Shown here piece after piece: positions 25,372 to 32,000 of a DNA stretch of 32,000 nucleotides. The stretch comes from Propionibacterium ruminifibrarum (GTDB lineage: Bacteria > Actinomycetota > Actinomycetes > Propionibacteriales > Propionibacteriaceae), in assembly GCF_900289195.1 (NCBI RefSeq), contig NZ_OMOH01000005.1, forward strand, positions 1 through 32,000. Reading direction: 5' to 3'. The translations under genes were made by a program, and so were the position numbers. Below the pieces are notes generated by a model, which had not been told where the DNA came from, searched no databases, and worked only from the letters and a program-made list of their open reading frames with translations. Each line of letters starts with the position of its first letter. The stretch's first letter is position 1.

Positions 25372-25950
25372 ATGTGTGTGCCATTTGAGTTCTGCGCGTG
25401 AGAGGTCTTGTTTTTGGTGCAAAATACCTAGTCAGATCGGTTTTTGCGCGCGAGAGTTACCCCCGCTGTGGGGTGAGATCATGTGCTGGCGTGCGCATCA
25501 CGCTGTTGGGTGGTGCGCTCGTGATCAGGGATCGCTCTCGTCCAAGGGCCCAATTTCGAGGATGTCGGATGAATCGGGCTTCGGCCATGTGGCTGGTGTG
25601 GAGACCAGGATCGTCTTGCCAGCCTTGACAACGAAGGACCCGAAAAGCAGGTTCTTTCCGCCTCCGATGGCACTCCCAATCATGAGCGGCACGACAAGCG
25701 ATCACTCTGGGGCAGGTAGATGCGTCCACAGACCCCACACACCACCGTGACCGGCCATGCGGTTCTGGTAACGGTAGGTGCGGTTGCGTCACTCATGTGC
25801 CCATACACGCTCTGACAAGGAAAAATAGCAACTCCGAGCACGACCAGGAGCTTGGGTCCGAGGAGGCGAAACGGGTTGAGATCACCCCTCTTCAACCTGT
25901 ACAGTTATTGCACCTGATTCAGTTGTTTCAGATGGGTGGAGGGGTTGAGG

Positions 25951-26385
25951 ATGCCCACGGTGCTGCACGCAACAGCGGTCGATCGCGGTGATGTCGAGAT
26001 GGTGCGCTCGCTGGCTGATCGGCTTGGCGACACCGCCCTGTCTGCTGTGTTGACGCAGCTGGTGAGTGCTGTTGAGCGTGGCGTTGACGTTGCGCTGCTT
26101 GATGCTGACAAGGAACTCACGCCCAACGAGGTGGCCGACATCTTGAAGGTCTCCCGTCCCTACGCGGTCAAGTTGATGGATCGTGGCATCCTCGCGTTCC
26201 GCATGGTGGGTAGTCACCGTCGTGTCGCGATGGCTGACCTGGTCGACTACATCACCCGTCACGAGCGTGCCAACGCCCACATCAGTTCCGTGCTTGCCAA
26301 CCGTGAAGCCGCGATCTCTGAAGCAATGGACGAGGCTGCCGTACTCACCGATGAGGATCTGGCAGAGCTGGCCTCACTGGACTGA
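25951..26385 (+). CDS. Excisionase-family (HTH_17/MerR-like) DNA-binding protein, antitoxin-like, orphan
   Basis: ELTPNEVADILKVSRPYAVKLMDRGILAFRMVGSHRRVAMADLVDYI is the typical excisionase-family HTH. GGAGGGG lies 7 nt before ATG 25951; the ORF opens at GTG 25936. Confidence 0.75.
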   Translation: MPTVLHATAVDRGDVEMVRSLADRLGDTALSAVLTQLVSAVERGVDVALLDADKELTPNEVADILKVSRPYAVKLMDRGILAFRMVGSHRRVAMADLVDYITRHERANAHISSVLANREAAISEAMDEAAVLTDEDLAELASLD

Positions 26386-27480
26386 CAGGTGCCGCCGGAT
26401 GAGGTCGGCGACTCGTTGTGCTGTCGGTAGTTGGCGCTCGCAGTCCGGGCACACGGGAAGATTGCACCCCTCATCTTGAGTGGGGACGAACCACAGTCCA
26501 CACACCCCTCGCTGCGGTAGCCCTTTGATGATGGCCTCAGTCAGGCCAGTGCGCGAGACGTAGTGCAGATGTGTCAACGGCTGAGGCTCTACGGCAGGAA
26601 GCCCGGTCTGCGGATCGGCTAGTTCCGAGGCTGCCATGATCTGGGCAAGTTTCGTGTGGCTGACGGTCAGCCACACGACCATGTTCCCGTCGAGGTCGTA
26701 GTGAGCGTCGGGAGGGCACGTCTCGCTGTGAATGAACGGAAGAATCTCCTGAAGTGCGGCGTCGATAGCCCTGTGGCTGGGCCCGAAGCACTTCAATTCG
26801 ACGGTGGCAAGGCTTGAGGATTGCTCGAGCTCGAGTCCACCGCTCGTCACTTGTGGTGGCTCGTGGTCCTCGAAGTTGATGGTCAGGCTGGCTGTCAGCG
26901 GTTGCCCCGGAGCGGCAGGGAGTTCGACAGGGGTCGGTCCTGAGCTTTTCAGCGCCTCTGCGATTCCGACAATGACACGGTTGATGACCTCGCCCCGCCA
27001 GAGCAGTTCCACAACCAGGCGTTCCTCGCGGTCGCGGATCTTGTAGTCGGCCCGAGTCGGTTTCTTGTTGTCAAGTGGGGCAGAGCCCGTGGCCTGGGAC
27101 ACGGTGGCCGACACGGCATCGGCGACGTGGGCGTGGAAGTGATCATGGCGGTCGGCGTAGATGAGCCAGGGATCACCGGCATCGTCGGTGATGATGGCTC
27201 CGCGCCAGCCCGCGCCGTCACGGTCCCGAACTTCGAAGACAGGCTGTCTTGCTGATTTGGACGCTTCCGAATGCCGATCCGGGGTGCGGTCGGGGAAGTA
27301 TGACCGCGCATCGTTCAGCAAGGGCTGATCGAGGTCATAGAGACGCACGGGGCTCGTCGGATCCTGGACAAAGAGCCGAATGCTGCTGCGCTGGCGCTCA
27401 TTGGCAAAACTCTCCTGAGGCAGGCTCTTGAGGACGCGATACGTGGGCCGAGGCTGCCTGTGCCCGTCCGAAAATTCCAT
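26374..27480 (-). CDS. Hypothetical 368-aa protein: unknown N-terminal/central regions with His cluster, plus C-terminal DUF3039-like Cys4 zinc-ribbon
   Basis: AGGGGTGG RBS before ATG 27480. DRHDHFHAH lies at 27127-27153. The C-terminus THLHYVSRTGLTEAIIKGLPQRGVCGLWFVPTQDEGCNLPVCPDCERQ resembles the small actinobacterial DUF3039 proteins (HYV...ALCGK.W.P......PVCP.C) as I remember them. Confidence 0.7.
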   Translation of the reverse strand: MEFSDGHRQPRPTYRVLKSLPQESFANERQRSSIRLFVQDPTSPVRLYDLDQPLLNDARSYFPDRTPDRHSEASKSARQPVFEVRDRDGAGWRGAIITDDAGDPWLIYADRHDHFHAHVADAVSATVSQATGSAPLDNKKPTRADYKIRDREERLVVELLWRGEVINRVIVGIAEALKSSGPTPVELPAAPGQPLTASLTINFEDHEPPQVTSGGLELEQSSSLATVELKCFGPSHRAIDAALQEILPFIHSETCPPDAHYDLDGNMVVWLTVSHTKLAQIMAASELADPQTGLPAVEPQPLTHLHYVSRTGLTEAIIKGLPQRGVCGLWFVPTQDEGCNLPVCPDCERQLPTAQRVADLIRRHLSVQ

Positions 27481-27585
27481 CGCCACCCCTGTGCTCACTG
27501 TCGTGCGCATCGAGTCTATCGGCCGACACCCCACACCAGCCCGGCTCAGGGAGCGCAAGGGGGCAGGGTTGCCACGTAGCTGCGT

Positions 27586-27915
27586 TCAGCCGAAGAAGAT
27601 GGGGTCGCCGCTGTCGTCGATGTAGTCGAGGAGCACTTGGACGGTGGGCGTTGGCGGGATGTCGTAGGCGTGGAATTTGAGGTTCTGGTCGCGCCAGTAC
27701 AGGCTCCACAAGCCGGTGGTCTGGGTGTATCGGAGTCTGGCGATGGGGAATCGAGTGTGGTCGCCTTGGCCGTCCCAGGGTGGGCGGACTTCGACAATCG
27801 TGACGTGGCGAGCTTCGACGTCGGCTTCGATCTTGACTTGCTCCCACAGCTGTTTGGGTACATGGGCATCGCACCAGCGACGGATGCGCACGAGGTCGAT
27901 GTCGGGAAGAGCCAT
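27586..27915 (-). CDS. DUF3024-like protein (109 aa)
   Basis: MALPDIDLVRIRRWCDAHVP...HVTIVEVRPPW...FPIARLRYTQTTGLWSLYWRDQNLKFHAYD closely follows the DUF3024 pattern remembered from Streptomyces homologues (..RAPW..PIARLRYT...W.LYWRDRNL.FH.Y). Confidence 0.75.
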   Translation of the reverse strand: MALPDIDLVRIRRWCDAHVPKQLWEQVKIEADVEARHVTIVEVRPPWDGQGDHTRFPIARLRYTQTTGLWSLYWRDQNLKFHAYDIPPTPTVQVLLDYIDDSGDPIFFG

Positions 27916-28069
27916 GTCTCAACGCTACCGGCGTTAGAGCCGGTCGGGGGAATAGGTGATCAGCGGTGTGTGGTGAGCAGGTCCCGGCGTCATTTCGCGG
28001 CTGAGGTTCGGCACACGCGTGGCTGGGTCAAACCTCAACCGTCAAGTGATGGCGGATGACTGCAGCGGC

Positions 28070-28300
28070 CTACGCCTGGTCGGTATCGAGTAGCTCAAGG
28101 GCGTCAGCGACGTTCGTGGCATCAAGCTTCAGCCCGACACGCACCGTCCGCTGCTGGAATCGCTTGGTCGCCATCGCCCCACGGGCCAAGCCCGCACGAG
28201 CTAGCTCGTTGACCGCCTCGCCAAGACTGATGTGACGTTCCCGCCTCAGCCGCTCGGCTGCCGCAGTGACCTCGGGGTCCAGCTGCACCATCGTCCTCAT
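28070..28300 (-). CDS. Ribbon-helix-helix (CopG/VapB-like) antitoxin-type DNA-binding protein, no cognate toxin gene
   Basis: MRTMVQLDPEVTAAAERLRRERHISLGEAVNELARAGL is an RHH beta-strand/helix/helix pattern. 76 aa from ATG 28300; ATG 28291 is the alternative. Confidence 0.65.
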   Translation of the reverse strand: MRTMVQLDPEVTAAAERLRRERHISLGEAVNELARAGLARGAMATKRFQQRTVRVGLKLDATNVADALELLDTDQA

Positions 28301-28392
28301 GTCAACCAGTATGAGCGGCACAGACACTGAACCGAATGTCGGTGCCCGGTCATATCATGATCTATCGACTTGAGCCCGGAAGGTGGTGCCCC

Positions 28393-31300
28393 ATGACAGA
28401 CACGATCCTGAGTCTGGGGGCACTGCACGCTGGCCAGCGCCTTCGCGGCCTGGTGCCGGGTCAGGTCGTCACCGTGGTCGCTGTCGACCCCATTGACGAC
28501 GGGCTGGTGGAGGTCTTCTACCGCGACGAGAGCGGCCAGAGCGGCGCCCACATGGTGACGGGCGCCGACGCGGCCGCCCTCACCGAGGTCTCGGCGGAGG
28601 ACTCGACACCGGCCTTCGACGCCGACCCCGACGAGTTCCGTCTGGCGGCCGAGGCCCAGCGCATCAAGTACGCCGCGCTCTACGATCCGATGGCCGCGGT
28701 CAACAGCTCCGACGTCGACCCGCTCCCGCACCAGATCAGGGCCGTCTACGAGGAACTGCTGCCGCGCGTCCCGCTCCGCTTCCTGCTGGCCGACGATCCC
28801 GGCGCGGGCAAGACCATCATGGCGGGCCTGTACATCAAGGAGTTGATCCTGCGCTCGGACTGCGAGCGGGCCATCGTCGTCGCCCCCGGCGGCCTGGTGG
28901 AGCAGTGGCGTGAGGAACTGGCCACGAAGTTCGACCTGCGGTTCGAGGTGTTCAACCACCACATGGTCGACGACGCCCAGGGCCGCAACGTCTTCGCCGA
29001 GCACGATCTGCTCATCGTGCGGATGGACCAGATCTCCCGCAGCCCGGAGCTGATGGAACAACTCTCCGATGTCGCCTGGGACGTAGCCGTGGTGGACGAG
29101 GCGCACCGGATGAGCGCCCACTACTCGTCATGGGCCGGCGAGGTCGACGAGACGAAACGCTTCAAACTGGGCCGGCTCCTGTCGGAGACCGCGAACAACT
29201 ACCTGCTCATGACCGCCACCCCGCACGCGGGCAAGGAGGAGGACTTCCAGCTGTTCATGTCCCTGCTCGACCGGGACCGGTTCGAGGGCAAGTTCCGTGA
29301 GGGCATTCACCGCACCGACACCCAGGGTCTGATGCGCCGGATGGTCAAGGAAGACCTGCTGACCTTCGACGGCAAGCCCCTGTTCCCGGAGCGCCGCGCC
29401 TACACCGTCGCCTTCGAGCTGAGCCCGGCCGAACGAGACCTCTACGAACAGGTCACCGACTACGTCCGCACCGAGATGGGCCGCGCCGAGCGGATCGCCC
29501 AGGCGGGCGACCGCAAACGCGGTAACAACGTCGGTTTCGCCCTCACCGTGCTGCAACGCCGCCTGGCGTCCAGCCCCGAGGCCATCCTGCGTTCACTGGA
29601 ACGCCGCCAGGCAAGGCTGGAGGCCCGGCTCCGCGAGACCAGACGCGCCGTCGACGATGTGCTCGACGCGTCCCTGCCCGCCCTGTCGGTCGAGGACTTC
29701 GATGACGTCGACGAGGAGACCACCTGGGAGGAGCGTGCAGAGTTCGAGGCCGGCATGAACGAGGTCGTCGACCGCGCGACCGCGGCCCAGACCATCGACG
29801 AGCTCCGCGCCGAGATCACCATCCTGGAGGACCTCATCCGGGTGGCCCGCCGCGTCCGGCTCCAGGACGTCGACAAGAAGTGGGCGCAGCTGCGCGCCAT
29901 CCTCGACGAACAACTGCTGTCCCATGACACAACGGGTGCGGCCCGCAAGATCATCATCTTCACCGAGCACCGCGACACCCTCGACTACCTGCACGGCAGG
30001 ATCACCGCCCAGCTCGGCCGCGCCGACGCCGTGATCACCATCCACGGCGGCACCAGCCGCGAGGACCGCAAGGCCGCCCAGGAGCAGTTCACCCACAGTC
30101 CCGAGACCGTGGTGCTGCTGGCCACCGACGCCGCAGGCGAGGGCCTCAACCTGCAACGCGCCCACCTCATGGTGAACTACGACCTGCCGTGGAACCCCAA
30201 CCGCATCGAACAACGCTTCGGACGCATCCACCGCATCGGCCAGCGCGAGGTCTGCCACCTGTGGAACCTGGTGGCCTCCGACACCCGCGAGGGCGACGTG
30301 TTCAACCGCCTGCTCAGCAAGATCGACCAGATGGGCAAGGCCTACGACGGCAACCTGTTCAACGTGCTGGGGGAGCGCGACGCCTTCCAGGAGCGCTCAC
30401 TGCGCGATCTGCTCATCGAGGCCATCCGCTACGGCGACCAGCCCGAGGTCAAGGCCAGGCTGGGCAAGATCATCGACGCCGGGGTCTCGGCCGGCCTGGG
30501 CGAGATGATACGCGAACGGGCCCTGCACCCCCAGATGTTCAGCGCCCTCGACCTGGACGCGGTACGGGCCCGCATGGAGCTGGCCAGGGAACGACGCCTG
30601 CAACCCGGCTACATCGCCGCCTTCTTCCTGTCCGCATTCGAGCGGCTCGGCGGCCGCATCCGACGGCGCGAGAGCGGCCGCTACCAGATCACCCGCGTCC
30701 CCGAGCGCCTCGTGGGCATCGCGCGGCGCGCCAACCGGTGGGCGCCGGTCGCGGACTCCTACGAACGCGTCACCTTCGAACTGGAGCGGGTCAGGGTCGA
30801 CGGGCGCCCCACCGCCTCCCTCATCGCCCCCGGCCATCCGCTGCTGGGCGCCGTGATCGAGGCCACCATCGCCGACCTCGGCGAGGCCCTGTCCGCCGGC
30901 ACCGTCCTGGTGGACCGCCGCAGCACCCAGGCCGAGACGCCCATGCTCATGTACACCGTCGAGCAGCGCATCCACAACGCCACATCGAAGGCCGACACCG
31001 TCTCACATCACTTCGACTACCCGCTCCTGGCCCGCGACGGCACGGTCACCGTCTCACCGGCCCCGCCCTACCTCGACTACGAGTCCCCGCGCGCGGGCGA
31101 ACGTGAGGCCATCGCAGCGGTGATTCGCGGCGAGTGGGTGCGTCAGAGCCACGACAAGGCGGTGCGGGCACACGCCTACCGCGAGGGGCTCTTGCCCAGG
31201 ATGGAAGAGGTCAGGGCCCGGCTGGAGGCCGAGGCGGCCCGCACCCGGGTGCAGGTCAAGGACCGGCTGCTGGCCGAGGTCAACCACTGGGACGCCGAGT

Positions 31301-31905
31301 ACAACCGCCTCGACGCCCTGGAGCGCTCCGGGGTCATCGGCCGGCTGCGGGCCGAGACCGCGCTGGCGAGGGCCCGCCAGCTCGACGACCGGCTCGACCG
31401 GCGCCTTCACGAACTCGACCAGGTGACGAATCTCGTCGCCGTGCCCTCGGTGATCCGCGGCACGGCACTCATCGTCCCCTCCCGCATGCTCGCACCCAGC
31501 CCCGGCGTGTTCGCCCACGAGACCGAGCAGGTGGAACGCCGCGCCGTCGAGGCGGTGCTCGCCGCGGAACGCGCCCTGGGGCGTACGCCGGTGGAGATGC
31601 CCCGCAACAATCCCGGCTACGACATCCGCTCCATCGACCAGGCCGGACGCACCCACTACATCGAGGTGAAGGGCCGCATCCACGGCGCCGAGACCTTCAC
31701 GATCACCACCAACGAGGTCACCTTCGCCCAGACCCAGGGCGACCGCCACCGGCTGGCGCTGGTCGAGGTCTCACCCGACGGCCCCGGGCATGACCGGCTC
31801 CGCTACGTGACGCAGGCCTTCTCACACATCGAACCGTCCGCCACCACCCGCTCCTACAACGAGGAGTGGCGCGGCTACTGGACCAGGGGCGGCCCGCCCC
31901 GATGA
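28393..31905 (+). CDS. SNF2-family helicase fused to C-terminal DUF3883 / PD-(D/E)xK nuclease-like domain
   Basis: 1170 aa. GGAAGGTGG RBS before ATG 28393. Motif I DPGAGKT (GAGKT = 28801-28815), motif II DEAH (29095-29106), motif III MTATPHAG, motifs V/VI LATDAAGEGLNLQ...NPNRIEQRFGRIHRIGQ. C-terminus: ERALGRTPVEMPRNNPGYDIRS...HYIEVKG...FTITTNEV (D 31621-23; E-V-K 31663-71). Confidence 0.9.
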   Translation: MTDTILSLGALHAGQRLRGLVPGQVVTVVAVDPIDDGLVEVFYRDESGQSGAHMVTGADAAALTEVSAEDSTPAFDADPDEFRLAAEAQRIKYAALYDPMAAVNSSDVDPLPHQIRAVYEELLPRVPLRFLLADDPGAGKTIMAGLYIKELILRSDCERAIVVAPGGLVEQWREELATKFDLRFEVFNHHMVDDAQGRNVFAEHDLLIVRMDQISRSPELMEQLSDVAWDVAVVDEAHRMSAHYSSWAGEVDETKRFKLGRLLSETANNYLLMTATPHAGKEEDFQLFMSLLDRDRFEGKFREGIHRTDTQGLMRRMVKEDLLTFDGKPLFPERRAYTVAFELSPAERDLYEQVTDYVRTEMGRAERIAQAGDRKRGNNVGFALTVLQRRLASSPEAILRSLERRQARLEARLRETRRAVDDVLDASLPALSVEDFDDVDEETTWEERAEFEAGMNEVVDRATAAQTIDELRAEITILEDLIRVARRVRLQDVDKKWAQLRAILDEQLLSHDTTGAARKIIIFTEHRDTLDYLHGRITAQLGRADAVITIHGGTSREDRKAAQEQFTHSPETVVLLATDAAGEGLNLQRAHLMVNYDLPWNPNRIEQRFGRIHRIGQREVCHLWNLVASDTREGDVFNRLLSKIDQMGKAYDGNLFNVLGERDAFQERSLRDLLIEAIRYGDQPEVKARLGKIIDAGVSAGLGEMIRERALHPQMFSALDLDAVRARMELARERRLQPGYIAAFFLSAFERLGGRIRRRESGRYQITRVPERLVGIARRANRWAPVADSYERVTFELERVRVDGRPTASLIAPGHPLLGAVIEATIADLGEALSAGTVLVDRRSTQAETPMLMYTVEQRIHNATSKADTVSHHFDYPLLARDGTVTVSPAPPYLDYESPRAGEREAIAAVIRGEWVRQSHDKAVRAHAYREGLLPRMEEVRARLEAEAARTRVQVKDRLLAEVNHWDAEYNRLDALERSGVIGRLRAETALARARQLDDRLDRRLHELDQVTNLVAVPSVIRGTALIVPSRMLAPSPGVFAHETEQVERRAVEAVLAAERALGRTPVEMPRNNPGYDIRSIDQAGRTHYIEVKGRIHGAETFTITTNEVTFAQTQGDRHRLALVEVSPDGPGHDRLRYVTQAFSHIEPSATTRSYNEEWRGYWTRGGPPR

Positions 31906-31948
31906 TCCATCCCCGCCGCCCAATCTCACCGTCGACGAAAGCAGTCCC

Positions 31949-32000
31949 GTGACCAAGAAGAAACTCATCGAGACCTCCCTGCCGCTGGAGGCCATCAACG
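31949..32000 (+). CDS. DUF1156-type (COG1743-like) adenine DNA methyltransferase, N-terminal 17 codons only
   Basis: GTG 31949, 44 nt after the helicase stop. VTKKKLIETSLPLEAIN matches the conserved DUF1156 N-terminus (..KLIE..LPLE.IN...) as I remember it. Truncated by the window end. Confidence 0.6.
   Translation, partial: MTKKKLIETSLPLEAIN

Larger units (their letters stand above)
25323..32000. mobile_element. Putative tRNA-Ala-associated genomic (defence) island; left end only, continues beyond window
   Basis: Starts at the tRNA 3' end. AT-richer junction with frame-broken ORFs. Gene content switches from conserved core to HTH/RHH orphans, DUF proteins and a helicase-methylase module. 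No integrase or att repeat is visible, so mobility is unproven. Confidence 0.45.

Noticed and set aside
25525-25683. A 52-aa minus-strand ORF (MIGSAIGGGKNLLFGSFVVKAGKTILVSTPATWPKPDSSDILEIGPLDESDP) as an intact small gene.
   Set aside because: There is no convincing RBS. It is preceded in-frame by a stop after another protein-like stretch, and neighbouring frames show similar fragments, so it is more consistent with a decayed gene. It is reported as part of the junction finding instead.
27942-27950. A 9-nt match (GGTCGGGGG) to the T-arm region of tRNA-Ala, considered as a possible att repeat delimiting a small island.
   Set aside because: It is too short and G-rich to be significant in this genome. 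It does not include the tRNA 3' end, where att sites normally lie, and there is no recombinase nearby.
27934-28041. A short minus-strand frame downstream of the RHH gene ending ...HTPLITYSPDRL*, considered as a C-terminal remnant of a PIN/VapC toxin (cf. ..PLVT.DR.L endings).
   Set aside because: It is only ~35 codons with no acidic PIN residues identifiable. The similarity is a few residues long and cannot be separated from chance without a search.
28393-32000. Assignment of the helicase/methylase genes to DISARM (DrmD/DrmMI) or BREX.
   Set aside because: None of the defining partners is visible (DUF1998 helicase DrmA, DrmB, PLD DrmC; or PglZ, BrxC, BrxL). The methylase N-terminus looks DUF1156-like rather than PglX- or DrmMI-like. 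The question stays open until downstream sequence is seen.

Overview
High-G+C actinobacterial chromosomal window. I cannot name the species. The UDPGP-type UGPase and overall composition weakly suggest Propionibacteriales or a relative.

Positions 1-25.2 kb are conserved core genome. The window opens with the last ~55 nt of a 5S rRNA plus its terminator. Gene order then echoes two mycobacterial neighbourhoods as I remember them:
- Rv0861c-Rv0884c-like: XPB/ERCC3 helicase, helicase-associated protein, Csp + DUF3027, SerC.
- Rv0985c-Rv0996-like: MscL, SAF protein, FmdB/Ruc-like zinc ribbon, 5-formyl-THF cyclo-ligase, MoeA-like protein, RimJ-like GNAT, membrane protein.

Interspersed with these are a NUDIX hydrolase, a divergent Ser/Thr kinase / double-FHA ABC transporter pair, an AzgA-type purine permease, an S41-like peptidase, a DtxR-family regulator, thioredoxin, tRNA-Arg(CCT) and a eukaryote-type (UDPGP family) UGPase.

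The character changes at tRNA-Ala(CGC) (25250-25322). Next comes a visibly AT-richer junction with broken reading frames. Accessory genes follow:
- an orphan excisionase-family HTH protein;
- a minus-strand cassette of an RHH antitoxin-like gene, a DUF3024-like gene and a 368-aa protein with a His cluster and a DUF3039-like Cys4 C-terminus;
- a divergent 1170-aa SNF2 helicase fused to a DUF3883/PD-(D/E)xK domain;
- the first 17 codons of what looks like a DUF1156-type DNA methyltransferase, running off the window.

This tRNA-flanked region is the best candidate for an undescribed or poorly characterised defence-type system. No integrase, CRISPR array or IS element is visible.

All family assignments come from motif recognition by eye and memory. 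No searches were run.
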